Made by a program: the position numbers and the translations under genes. Of a DNA stretch of 64,000 bases, positions 41,139 to 54,335 are shown one piece after another. The notes below the pieces were generated by a model that had not been told where the DNA came from, ran no database searches, and worked only from the letters and a program-made list of their open reading frames with translations. Origin of the DNA: Eledone cirrhosa (lineage: Eukaryota). Each line of letters starts with the position of its first letter. Position 1 is the first letter of the stretch. The stretch spans positions 298,406,001 through 298,470,000 of the forward strand of contig OZ024741.1 in NCBI GenBank assembly GCA_964016885.1. Reading direction: 5' to 3'.

Positions 41139-41430
41139 AAGGAGTAAGAAGTCATCCTTAGAAGGTATTGGTATGTTTTTTAAAAGAGGTTCCTAAATAT
41201 TGTTTTTCCATTGTGATATGGATGATGGACAATTGAAAGAGCTCAACTAAATGTATATTTAATCTTGATAGTTTGTATAATTTTGTATAATTTTGTACAT
41301 AGATCTGTTGAATATGCATGCCAATTCTAACACATATATATCCTAGAAACGATCGTTAAATAATGAACTTTTTTTGTTTAATATAAGGAACTGTTTTCAT
41401 TGTTTATTCATTATTTGTTTAATATTTTAA

Positions 41431-41895
<465 letters not shown>

Positions 41896-42281
41896 ACTGT
41901 GGCATTTGCATCAACCTAATAGAGGGTTCGGAATTCTATTTCAAAGATGGACAACGTTTTATAGTAAAACACAATTTCACATGTGCATCGGAAAATTTAA
42001 TATATGTATTAACTTGTTCAGGTTGTCGAGAACAATACATAGGCCAGACCAAAAACAGCCTCCGCCAACGCATGACTGTCCATAGATCCCAAATTAAAAT
42101 ACGGGAATACAGGAAAATACCACTGAGTGAACACATTGATACCTGCGCCGCCCAAAATCATCCCAACTTCAGAATCTTTCCCCTCTACAAATTTAAAGAT
42201 AATGCCACCCACACCCAGCGCATCAGCAAGGAATCTTACTTCATTAACAAATACGGACCCCGTCTAAACACTTCTCCCTAA
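41896..42281 (+). mobile_element. GIY-YIG endonuclease fragment of a different PLE (Neptune-like)
   Basis: CGIC...TCASENLIYVLTCSGCREQYIGQTKNSLRQRMTVHR...E..FI.....LN. Confidence 0.82.
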
Positions 42282-42423
42282 GACGAACCCACAACATACA
42301 CACGTCAACATACATACCTACATCAGCACACATCTCTACCCACATATAAACACAATGACACACGTAAACACACATGCTCTATGGTGCAATACAAAAAAAT
42401 ATATGTGCATATATATGTATGTA

Positions 42424-42462
<39 letters not shown>

Positions 42463-42465
42463 AAA

Positions 42466-42514
<49 letters not shown>

Positions 42515-42801
42515 GTGAATATCATTTCACACCTTTTATTGTTAAGATTGTTGATGTTCTATTAAGAGAACCGATTTTACTGAAAAAATCGAATAATGTA
42601 CACCATTTTACCAGGGGGGAAAAAAATACTGGTCCACCCACACACGCACACGCACACACACACACATATATACACAAACACATACATACGCGTACATCAA
42701 CATACAAAGAGACTTACACACACACACACACGCACTTCTCCGTATAAGACAAAAGCTGAAAAATATCTTTTGACCTTCGAATGACTCTGCTGTGTGTATG
42801 T

Positions 42802-42855
<54 letters not shown>

Positions 42856-42924
42856 ATCTTAATAGCCATTTGACACACATCGCTGGTGGCTATTGTCGCA
42901 GCATCGAACACCTTACTACTACTA

Positions 42925-42962
<38 letters not shown>

Positions 42963-42988
42963 TTGTTGTGAAAGAGTCATTTCTCAAT

Positions 42989-43222
42989 CTTGGCGCAAAA
43001 CCAATTTTTTATCCACATGACCTCTACCGACCAATCAAAATTGTTTTGACCATAATTTTTGCTGGAGCCACTTTTCTAACATTTTAACATAAAAACAGTC
43101 TTGGCGCAAAATCAACTTTTTACATTCACATGACCTCTACCGACCAATCAAAATTGTTTTGACCACAAGCATTTTTGCAACACAAAAATAACGCTGGAGC
43201 CATTTTTTTAACATAAAAACAG
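42989..43222 (+). repeat. Tandem duplication of a ~110-125-bp unit
   Basis: TCTTGGCGCAAAA...CACATGACCTCTACCGACCAATCAAAATTGTTTTGACCA...GCTGGAGCCA...TAACATAAAAACAG occurs twice. Confidence 0.8.
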
Positions 43223-43462
43223 GTAGAATTCCCAAAACTAATCAGATCAGAGCAAACAGCACGGACACTCTATCTCAAAATTATTTTTGAAAAGCATTTA
43301 GAAATGCGCAACCGGTAAAAACTTAAAAACTTTAAACCACAACTGAATACTAACCCATACAATCACTAATACTCTTTTATTCCTAATTAAACCATTTTTC
43401 AACTGTGAACAATTTGTCAGCATTTTCTATTCCGTTTACCAATATATATTTATATATATATT

Positions 43463-43519
<57 letters not shown>

Positions 43520-43520
<1 letters not shown>

Positions 43521-43638
43521 GTTTTAATATAGAAGAGATTCTACAGGACTAGAACTGTTTCATTCTTTAGAAATCATTTGATGATTTCTAAAGAATGAAA
43601 CAGTTCTAGTCCTGTAGAATCTCTTCTATATTAAAACT
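43520..43638. repeat. Perfect 58-bp inverted repeat with 3-nt spacer, centred on a truncated hammerhead-like core
   Basis: Arms 43520-43577 and 43581-43638; TGATGA-TTTCTAAAGAAT-GAAA-CAG at the centre. Confidence 0.85.
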
Positions 43639-43704
43639 TTTATACTCTGCTATGTATTGAGTACCTTACTAACTGTGGTTACCTCCGATTCAACCCGGAA
43701 TAAC

Positions 43705-43746
43705 GTATATTTATATATATATATATATATAAATATATATAAATAT

Positions 43747-43777
<31 letters not shown>

Positions 43778-43798
43778 AATATATATAAATATATATAA

Positions 43799-43829
<31 letters not shown>

Positions 43830-43858
43830 AATATATATATATAAATATATATAAATAT

Positions 43859-43889
<31 letters not shown>

Positions 43890-43964
43890 AATATATATAA
43901 ATATATATATATATATAAATATATATATAAATATATATATATATATAAATATATATATAAATAT

Positions 43965-43995
<31 letters not shown>

Positions 43996-44020
43996 AATAT
44001 AAATATATAAATATATATAT

Positions 44021-44103
<83 letters not shown>

Positions 44104-44160
44104 AATATATATATATATAAATATATATATAAATATATATAAATATAAATATATATATAA

Positions 44161-44195
<35 letters not shown>

Positions 44196-44232
44196 AATAT
44201 ATATATGTATAAATATATATATGTATAAATAT

Positions 44233-44265
<33 letters not shown>

Positions 44266-44272
44266 AATATAT
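43705..44272. repeat. (TA)n/(TATAAA) microsatellite
   Basis: Direct reading. Confidence 0.95.
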
Positions 44273-46180
44273 AAGTTTTTCGAATATTAATAATAACATT
44301 CGATTCCTTTGCAATTTTGCAAACAAGACTCAATTTTATAGCCATGTCAGTAGAATGAACACTTTATTCTTGCTCTTGTATTGGCATGTGAACAGAACTG
44401 CAGACACTAATGTTTCTGGGTATGACCCTTCATCAATACAGCTCACTGTTCACCTGCCTAACTGTCAGAGCTAGTGAAAATATATACTATTTTCAAAATT
44501 ACACAGTGACTGATCGGCCTGATTTGCATATTAGCAGACTGGCTGATCAGTCAGATCTGCATATTACCAGATCCACTGATCACATACACCCGTGTGTGTT
44601 TGTGAGTGTCTGTATGTGTCTGTGCGCGCGTATGTAAAATCGCTGCTGGCATTAGACACGTTTACTACCAGCTATGCTGCACTCTATCCATCAAGTTTCC
44701 TTACTATTAATGTCTATGTTTACCTACATATGGATATGTGCCATATGGTTGTATATTTACCCTCAGCGTGCAGTGAAATCAAGGATTATATTATATAAAA
44801 TATATGTACAAATGTTTGAGACGTTTGTTAATACCATTATAATTTTCAGGAATATTTACCTAATTTTTTTTAAAAATTAAAGTTTGTACAAAGAATATTT
44901 ATATTTGTACTACATTTCAATCAATTCGACATTGATTATTCGCAAACATTTAATTATAAGGTATGTACTTAGTTTGAATCAATCCAAAGACTATATACAC
45001 ATCCAGGAACATATCTAGTGAGATCAAAGATCGAAGTTATCGAAGCTGTGTGGATATAAATATCGCAAGTATACATGAACACTAACAATGAATTTAATAA
45101 GTTATCATCACCATCATCATCATCATCATCATAATACTAGTATAGCTTGGACCGCTTGTCATGTTCTGAGCCTCATACGTTTCAGTTTGGCACGGTTGCT
45201 ACAGCTGGATACTCTTCCTAGGACCGACTACTTTACAGAGTGGACTGGTTGCATGTTATCGTGACATGGGTACTATCCCTGTATAGAATGGGATAGGTGC
45301 ATTTTATTGTGACACCAGCACTGTCACTTTATAGAGTGGACTGGACACATTTTATTATAGACCTGACACTACTTTTGAATGGGTTGGATGTATTTTCTTA
45401 TTAAATGTTCCAAAATTATAAGAAGTCAGCAGTAAAAAAAAAACAAAAAAAAAACAGTTGTTATTATCACCATCTCTCTCTCTTTTTCTGTGTGGAGAGA
45501 TATCATAAATGTCAGTAACCCATGCCATCGCTACCCCATTTATACAAGCTCAGATAGTGTGGGAGAATGCACACTGGCATGCAGAAACTCAGGCGCAAGC
45601 CATCTCAGTCCTATTGGACAGAATGGAGAAATCGTTGCCCCAGAGCAGCGATGGGGTACATTCGGTCTTCTATGCAATTCTGTGCGGTTTTTTGAAAGAT
45701 TAAAACATTTCCAACAAATTAAAAAATGTTATTAATGTTTTTGTCTATCTCTTATTTTAATTTAAACCATAAATTATCGAAATAATCCACCCTGAGAGAC
45801 AACCAGAATAAAAAAAAATAGTAGATCTTAAGGGCCATTTCAGCATTTTCTACGCTTATGTTTTTGTTCTAATACGATTCTAGAATGTACATTAAATTCC
45901 CGCTTGACTTCATGTTTTAACTAATTAGTACATAGTAATTAGATCTTTACAAAATAATGTTGGTTTTAAGAATATATAATGAAGATTTCTTGAATGCGGT
46001 CTTATTATATTACAAGTAACTTAATGCGGCCTTTCCACATGAAAAAGTTTCCCCACCTCTGCCCCAGAGTATAATAGCAAAATCCAAGAATGTTTTGTCA
46101 GTCAGCCTGCATTGTTGAAGTATGGTAAATTATTCTATTACACATAGCAGCATATCTTGATTGTCTTTCTTTATTGACAG

Positions 46181-46289
46181 GAAGAATACGATCGATTGGC
46201 TTACTTGACCAGGTTCACCTACACAGCTTTGCCTCTTTATCAGAAATTCTCTAAGAACGAAGTTGTTGAAATTCACGATTTCATGACAG
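46181..46289 (+). CDS. Host gene coding exon 6
   Basis: TGACAG| ... |GTAAAA, 109 nt, phase 0-1; EEYDRLAYLTRFTYTALPLYQKFSKNEVVEIHDFMT. Confidence 0.88.
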
Positions 46290-47879
46290 GTAAAAGTTTA
46301 ACCCTTTTTATTCCAAATTAGATGAAACCATCCCTGGTTCTATGATGCAAAATCGATTATTTTAAAGTATTTATAGTTATCTAAAAACGTTCCATCATAA
46401 TTTCATGTAAGAAGATTTGCTAAGTTATGTTTCAAACACCAACTTGTAAATAAGAATTAATACTAAAATATTACTAAATCCCTTCAAATTTTTGATAATT
46501 TTTCAAACCTTATGATACTAAATCTCACTAAATTCTTGATTATTTTCAAATTGATTTGAAAATCATAGGCAGTGTCTTTCATTAAAAATATGGTGGCGAA
46601 AGTGTTGATATTTTTCTCTTTGATATCGCTGTAAATGTCGTCGGCTTTAATGTTGTTTTCGTTGAAGATGCTGTGATACGAATTGCTTCAGTATTTGTTC
46701 TGAGAAATTTCGCTCTGAGTTCAGATCCCACCGAGGTCAACTTTGTTTTTCCTCCTTTAAGAGTGGATAAATAAAGCTCCAGTCTAGACGCGGTGAATTA
46801 GTAGGATTGTTAAAAAGGTGTACGGGATGCTTTACGGAGTCTTTTCCAGTTCTGTACGTTGTGAGTTCAAATTCCACCGCATTTTCCCGGTTTCTGTCCC
46901 CCTTCTCAGAAAAGTATAGTCAGAGTAGGCCTATTGAGCCACATCAATCATGCTGCTCTCACCTGTCTGTTATAAAACACATTAGAAGGCAGCAACTTAT
47001 TCACAACACTCACTTTCTTCTTCAAGTGATACTTAAAGAAGTTGATGGGCTCATAACCGTAGAAGAAGATTCCTTTCTTCAAAACATTCAGACGCGTCTA
47101 CCACACAGCCTTTTTCGCCATATCGAGGCAGAGGAAAATATGCCATGCCTTCCTTCTAAAAGAAATTGGAGGTTTAACTTTCACTGCAGTCGCGGCTGAT
47201 AGTCGTACACGCCACAGCAACTCTTCGATACAAGCCTACATATCTCCAACGTACTGGATACTGTAGTATAGTTTCGTCACCCTTTGGGCATCTCGGACAA
47301 GTTTGCTGTTGGGATTTCTGTGTATGTAGATCTTGTCTCGAACTGGTAGTGTCCCCAATCTCGTTGCACTGCCAAGTCAGGAATTATTGGAGGCTATCCA
47401 CAATCTCTCACCTGAAAACCCTCTTGAAAAGTCTGCTCAGACAGCCCTCGTCGATTCCCAGAAATGCTCCTGGGTCATCATCACTCATATCTTCTGTTAA
47501 CTCTCTATAGGAAGCAAGGAATATTTTTCAGTCACCGATGGCTTTGTAATAATTTCTAATTTAGGCACATAGCCAGCAATATAATGGGGATGGTGACGTC
47601 GATTATATCGACGTCAGTACTTGACAAGTACTTTATTTTATCGACCCCCTGGAAGGAAGAAATGAAAAATTAACCTCAGCAGGATTTGAATTCAGAATGT
47701 AACGAGTTGTAAACAAATGCCACGAAGCATATTGTCCAACGCTCTAACGATTCTGCCAATCCACCATCATCACAGTTTAAACGTTTATTTTGCATGTTTG
47801 CATGGGTTAGCCGGATTGTCACAGTCTAAGGCTAAATCGGTTAGGCGATCACTTTTTACTCATACGTTCCATCTTTGGC

Positions 47880-48260
47880 ATGGTTTCTATGGCTAGATAC
47901 CCTTCCTAACATTAAACATTTTGCAGCGTGTACTAAATGCATCTTGTCGTGGTACGAGCACTACCACATTACAGAATAGATTGAATGTTTTTTTCATGAC
48001 ACCAGCACTACTACCACCTTTTAAAATGGACCAGGTGATGTTCATCGTGTTACCAACATGGCCATTTTACAGAGGATTTGATGGATCTTATCGTGGCACT
48101 AACACTACTTCTTTACAGAGTGGACTGGATACATTTTATTGTGGCATCAACACTGTTACTTTACAGACTAGACTGCGTGTATTTTATCGTAACACTAACA
48201 CTCCCACTCTACAGAGTAAGATGGGAATACTTTATTGTGGTGCTAGCAATACCCCATTAC
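47880..48260 (+). repeat. Dispersed repeat with degenerate ~42-bp tandem units (also ~45190-45400 and ~58780-58960)
   Basis: Head TTTCTACGGCTG.ATGCCCTTCCTAAC followed by repeats of TTTACAGAGTGGACTGG..CATTTTAT.GTGGCA.CAGCAC. Confidence 0.7.
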
Positions 48261-48337
48261 TGTACTACAGTGATTATATATATAATCTAGTGTCTGGCAT
48301 TGTTTGTTTGTAATTGCTTCTCAATTTTCTTACCTAG

Positions 48338-48498
48338 GTGTTTCTTATGTGACTGACACAGTAACGGGTGATTGCATGACACGGCCAATACCCCACTCAA
48401 ATCTTGATTCGACAGAATTAAACCCTCATGAAGTCAGAATGGCTTCAGCTCAACATTTCTTTGAATTTCCAAAAATAAAATACTCTTATGAAGGGATT
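48338..48498 (+). CDS. Host gene coding exon 7
   Basis: CCTAG| ... |GTAAGT, 161 nt, phase 1-0; GVSYVTDTVTGDCMTRPIPHSNLDSTELNPHEVRMASAQHFFEFPKIKYSYEGI. Confidence 0.9.
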
Positions 48499-48669
48499 GT
48501 AAGTATGTATATTATTAGAGTGAACAGCAATGTATGCGACTATATATATATAAGTTTTCCAAGAAATGGCGACGGGATTAGACCTATTTTTTTTCTTTAG
48601 AATTCCTTATTTCGTTTATGCCACTGCCCAGTTGTCTCTGTCCCATGCCTTCTATAATTCCTCATTCCA

Positions 48670-48705
48670 TATTCTGATGAAGGACTAGCATCCGAAACGT
48701 TAAAA
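48670..48705 (+). ncRNA. Minimal hammerhead-like motif, probably in a solo pLTR remnant
   Basis: CTGATGA-aGGA(ctagca)TCC-GAAA-CG-TT; stem I is weak. Confidence 0.45.
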
Positions 48706-48885
48706 CTCCTTCCTTACTATATCAAGCATAAAACTAATAATATATTTCTTCATTGTACTGTATCGTTTGCTTTGTTATTTCTGTTTGCCTTTTGCATATA
48801 TATATATAACGAAGGAAGTGTGGTAAGGAACCAGGTGGACCATAACGCACCAGAGTACTCGATACTTTGGGTAGTAGAGTGGGTA

Positions 48886-48990
48886 ATAGGAAAAGGTTCA
48901 GGACCCCGACGGCAGAACTCAAGCCGTTTCGACGGCTATTTCGTCGAAACAGCTTGAGCTCTGCCGTTGGGGTCCTGAACCTTTTCCTAT
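48886..48990. repeat. ~50-bp-arm inverted repeat abutting (TA)n
   Basis: ATAGGAAAAGGTTCAGGACCCC...TTTCGACG / CGTCGAAA...GGGGTCCTGAACCTTTTCCTAT. Confidence 0.85.
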
Positions 48991-48998
48991 ATATATAC

Positions 48999-49074
<76 letters not shown>

Positions 49075-49079
<5 letters not shown>

Positions 49080-49420
49080 GGAGACGATCTCCCCTTCGGT
49101 CACGAATGACCATGGGATTTACACCTAGAAAGTTCCCCTCCGAGGCACAAGTCCGGGCAAGGTTGTTTGTGGAAAACCAGCAGTCGCCCATGCTTTTCAG
49201 TCTTCCCTTTCCACGTCACGGATGTTGTCCAAGGGAGGCAAAGGCCGATACAGCTTGGAACCAATCACGCCACAACTCATTTCTATAGCTGAGTAAATTG
49301 TAGGAATGTGAAATAAAGTGTCTTGCTCAAGGACACAACACATGAACCGGTCAGGGAATCGAAATGACAACTTCCCAGTTGCAAGCCCAATGCTCTAAAC
49401 ACTAAGCCATGTGCCTTCAT
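49075..49420 (-). mobile_element. Second SINE-like family (partial copies ~24530-24650 on minus, ~54830-55075 on plus)
   Basis: Shared GTGAAATAAAGTGTCTTGCTCAAGGAC core with a reverse-complement tRNA-like head. Confidence 0.6.
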
Positions 49421-50129
49421 ACCTACCTATCTATCTATCTACCTATCTATCTATATATCTATCTATCTATTTCCTTAACAAAGGAAGAGACGTAGAGATA
49501 TGTAGTCTCGATAAACATTAATAAGCGAGAAACGCGTCGATTTCTTCCTCCTGTTTTAGTTGAGATTAGGTGTGTGACGATGGTCACAACCTTAAAAAAT
49601 ATAGAATGTGAAAATATGACTATTCAAAATATACAGACTCCAGATTTGAAAAGTTTGGGTTGAATTGAGACATTGACTGATTTATGTCGTAAAAAACTAT
49701 TTTATCGAATTTATTTATATATGGACCCGTACCTACCGATGAAGTCCTTTGGGTGCCGCCATGACATACGGTGTGCCTTGAGTACTTTAAACATGGCGGA
49801 ATTCATTCCCTTTCTAGGTTTGAACCCAGTCGATTTCTTTTAGAGAAGGGGCGGGAGAGAGAGAGAGAGAGAGAGAGAGAGTGAGAGATCGTCCACATCA
49901 CTGGACTGGAACTTTTTTTATCGACCTCTAGTGGATAAACGGCAAAGTTGACCTCGGCGGGATTTGAAGGAACACCACAAAGCCTACTATCAGATGTTCT
50001 AAATACACTGCCAATCGCCTATATTGTATTTATAGACATATTATACATATTTTAAAATCCAGCTTAATTAATATACAATAAGTGCTTAGTACTATAAGTT
50101 TGCATACCTTGCATATTTAGATATTTCAT

Positions 50130-50960
50130 GTGGCATTATGTCGGACATTATGCTTTGTGGTATATAGTTACATTCTGAGTTGGAATCCTACCGAGGTTAG
50201 CTTTGCCTTTCATCCTTACGGGTCGGTAAAATAAAGTACCAGAAACGTACTGGGGTCGATATAGTCTACTTCCCCTCCCCCCAAAATTGTTGGCCTTGTA
50301 TCTAAATCAGAAACCATTATTAATGTGGATTGACAGAATCGGTAAAGCGTCAAACAGCATACTTTGCAGTATTTAGTTATGACACTTTACATTCTGAGTT
50401 CAAATCCCGCCGAGGTTAGCTTTGCCTTTCATTCTTACGGGGTTGATAAAATAAAGCACCAGTAACGTACTGAGGTCGATATAATCTAACTGCCCCCCAT
50501 GGTTGGCCTTGTGCCTAAGCCAGAAACCATTATTTGTTTTTCTACTTCTTCTAATAATTGTTTCTACTTTTGGCACAAGACCTGCAATTACCCCAGTACA
50601 TTACTGGTACTTTATTTTATCGACCCCGTAAGGATGAAAGGCAAAGTTAACCTAGGCTGGATTTGAACTCAGATCGTAAAGGGGCGTAACTCTATGCTAC
50701 AGAGCATGGCGTCTGACCCTCTACCAATACGATCATTCTTCTAATAATGGTTTCTTATATAGGCACATAGCCAGCAATTTTGCGAGAGGAGAAAGTCGAT
50801 TAAATCGACCCCAGTGCGTGACTGGTACTTAATTTTATCGACCCCGTAAGGACGAAAGGCAAAATTAACCTCGGTATGATTTGAACTCATATCATAAAGA
50901 GCCGTAACTCTATGCTGCAAAGCATAGCGTCTGACCCTCTACCGATACTGCCAATCCACA
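50130..50960. mobile_element. Cluster of four SINEs arranged + + - -
   Basis: Consensus matches at ~50150-50320 (+), 50325-50530 (+), 50555-50730 (-), 50745-50960 (-). Confidence 0.8.
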
Positions 50961-50964
50961 ATAA

Positions 50965-53900
50965 TAATGCTTTCTTTATTAAACACAGGACAATACAAAT
51001 GGACATTTCTGCGTGTAAAAAACAAAAGAAGAACAGAGGACAAAAGGAAACAATGAAAAATTCCCAATAGCTGGGAGACCTCCGAGGGTTGCTCGTGGAG
51101 AAAGCCCACAAGAAAAGCCACGGTTACCCTGACCGCTAGGGCAAATGCCCTCTTCCAGTTTTCCTCCTACAATGCTACAGGCACACGCCCAGGGTAGACG
51201 CATTCACACGGGCCATTCTTGCCTCTCTCACCCACCTTTAAACAAATTGGCTAGAGGTCAGCACTTCCCTCTCCACCCTGATTTTCCTCTTCAGGTGAAA
51301 CCTGAAAAAGTTAATGAGGGCGTCACCGAAGAGGAAAGTACCGGTCTTCAACCCTTTCAGACGTGTCTACCATACAATCTGTTTTACCATGGCCACAAGG
51401 CAGATAAAAATTGCCTGCCCTTCTCGGCTAAAGGAAGGCGGCGGGGCAATCTTCACGATGGACTCAGCTGATAGCCGGATCCGTTCTACACGTGACAGCA
51501 GGTGTTCGGAATAAACCCACAAATCAGCAATGCTCGGACACTGGACAAGTGCGTGCAGGACGGTTTCATCGCACTGTGCGCATCTCGGACAGGCTCGGCT
51601 GACGGTACTTCCATTCCTGTAGAGTCTATCCCGAACTGGCAAGGCTCCTCGGTAGCACTGCCGGGCCAGGGATTTCTGGAAGTTGTCCATGGGCCCCGGC
51701 CCGAAAGTTCTCCCGAAGAGATTGGCTAGTTGGTTTTCGTCGATGCCTAGAGTCTCCCCAAGGACGTCGTTGCTCTTTCCTTCCACTAATCCTCTATAGA
51801 AAGCCAAGGTGGAGTTTCCAGCGATTGTATTGCTCGACTGGTCGAGGGCTGTAAGCGCCAGGAGACATTCTAGTCTCCAAGCGCTTCCTCTCGGTCTTCG
51901 CTTGACCCAGGACTGCAGCTCCACCAAGGAGACAAGCTGGGGAAACATGTGTCTAGCAAAGGGCGACCACACCTGATCACCGTCGAGGAAGAGGTGGAGA
52001 TGCCGTAGCCTGAGCGCATGTCTGCCCATCATCAGCCACGGCATTCCCAGCCTGACCATCGGAACACGTCCCTTCCACAAAAAGTAAAAGAGCAAACGCT
52101 CCAGTGCAGTCAGGTTAGGCTTAGGACAAGGCACGAGGGTCAGGCGGTAGTAGATGACGGACGCGATGTAAGCATTCGCCACCTCCACTCTACCTTTCAG
52201 GGATAGCTTCCTTTTGGCCCATTTCTGGGTGAGAGAAAACACCTTGCTCGTGACCTCCTCACAGTTTTTGTCCGTCTGGAGGTCCGGACCGAACCAGACC
52301 CCTAGCAATTTAACCGGTCCGTCCGTCCAGCGCCCGACGACGCTGTTGGGCGGCATGGACCTTCCTCTCCAGGTGCTGAGTTGCAGGCCTACTGATTTTT
52401 CCTGGTTGATCATTGCTTCTGTCACTACCTCGTATTCTCTTAGTGTGGTGCCGATTGCCTCGATGTGTTTGGTGTTCGGCACAACTACGGTGATGTCGTC
52501 TGCATAAGCTGACACTGTTCTTCCGCATCCTAGTTAACGTGGGATCCCCTTCAACGTCTCCAGTTTGTGAAGTAATGGCTCAAGAGTCAATACGTACAAC
52601 AAGGACGAGAGAGAACATCCCTGGCGGATCGAGCGCATAATGTTGAACGGTTCCGAAAGGTGACCGTTCACTCTCACTACAGAGCAGATGTCGATGTGCA
52701 TGGCAGCAATCAAGCCTCTGAAGACAGGCCCAAAGCCAGCTGCTCTTAGGACTGCTACCAGATAACGATGGTCGAAAGCTTTTTACTGATCTAAATTGAT
52801 CAAAGACCCTCCCATACCAGCTTCCCTAGCTACCCTGTCTACGATGTATCGCATGAGGTGGAGGTTGTTGTGGATGGATCTGTCTGGAATGGCGCATGTT
52901 TGCGCCTCTTCCACCAGACCACCAACGACAAGCACCAACCTCTTTGCTAGCACCTTAGCCAAAATCTTGAAGTCTGTGTTTAGCAGAGTTATGGGCCTGA
53001 AATTTTCTATGTTATCCCCCTTGTTCGGATCCTTTCTCAGCAGCGCCACCGCTTCTCGGCTCACAGAGCTGGGAATTCTCCAGTTCTGCTGCTAGTTGCA
53101 GTAGACTTCTGCCAAGAGGTCTTCGAATAAGTCTGGCATATGTATGTAAAATTCGTAGAGCAGACCATCCAAACCAGGCGATTTACCCATTGTGCAGCTA
53201 GTCATTGCCTCCCGTACTTCAGCAGCTGTTATCGACCATTCGCAACACTCCGCCTCAGTGGCCGAGAGTCGCAGCAGTCCGTCGAGGTAGGCACTGAAGT
53301 CCATCCCGCGATGCGGCCTGCCACTGCTTCCGAATAGCTGAGCAAAGTGCTGCTGAAAAGCCTCACACATCTGCTCGGGTTCGAGCAACACGCACCCGTT
53401 TTGGTCAGACAAAGACCGAATTGTGGCTTTGTTGCCACGTCGCACCTCCACCACCCGGGCCCATTTAACGGCTTTTGTCCCCTCGTGTCTAAGAGCACGC
53501 ACCCTAGCTCTGACAACGCAGCCTTCGGGCTTAGCGTTGAATAATTGGTTGAGAGCCAATTTCGCCGCAAGCACGTCGGTAGTGATGCCTTTACTAAGCG
53601 CCCCGTCTAATTTCTTAACTAGATTTCCTTCTGCTCTATTTTTCTATGTTACTAGCACTTTACTAAACCTAATGGACTCTATTCTAATCTCTCTTTTCAG
53701 GGCAAACCACCATTTGTTGTTGACGATGGCCCCTGTCAACGCCCGCTTAACTAATTCGCTAATCCGGTGTCTGTAAGCTTTGCGCGCTGTTAACGACGCG
53801 TTTAGTTTCCAGTAGCCGGGTCCCTGTCTATGAAGCCTATCTAAGTCAACCGCACAGATCACTAATTTGTGGTCTGTGTAGCTGACTATTTTGCTAGACC

Positions 53901-54335
53901 TATCTATTTCCCTACAAAATACTCTATCTAGATATGATCTGGATGACCCGATGCGGTTTGTCCAAGTCCACATTGGCACATTCGGGAAATCCAATCGGTA
54001 CCTGTCCGACAGTTGAAAACGCCTGAGTAGTTTTGTGAGGCTTTTACACCTTTATCCTCTATCCGATAATCTCACACAATCCCAGCGTGCATTTAAGATC
54101 CCGTTCCAGTCGCCCACTAACACTAGAGAGCGGGACGTTCCAAGAATGGTCTCCACACGCCGGAAGAATTCAGGCCCTCCTGCTCCTGTTGGGGCATAGG
54201 CGGCCATTAGCCTGAAAGCTAGTCCTTCTCCGCTGGTCACGTCCAGTACCACCAACTTACCCTCTGGGTCCAAGAAGACGGCCCGTATTTCGAGATCCAG
54301 ACTTCCCCGGAACCCCCCCCCCCGATCCGGGACGG
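50965..54335 (-). mobile_element. Decayed L1/Tx1-like LINE ORF2 (APE, RT, C-terminal Cys/His), 5'-truncated
   Basis: AAYAPT, LVGDWN, SYLDRV, TDHK, GYWKLN, GKSPGLDG, FRPITLLNTDFKILAK, AYADD, CPRCAQCDETVLHALVQC; AATAAA at ~50975-50980; homologous to 1-2820. Confidence 0.92.

Larger units (their letters stand above)
32375..41428 (-). mobile_element. ~9-kb near-full-length Penelope-like element with inverted 5' partial pLTR and ~6-kb microsatellite-rich 3' region
   Basis: ~32511-32688 is the reverse complement of 41251-41428; the whole unit is bounded by (TA)n; contains ORF 38769-41138. Confidence 0.75.

Noticed and set aside
46900-47510. Possible decayed retroelement or exon (ORF 46807-47199)
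   Set aside because: No diagnostic motif recognised and not needed for exon phase continuity.
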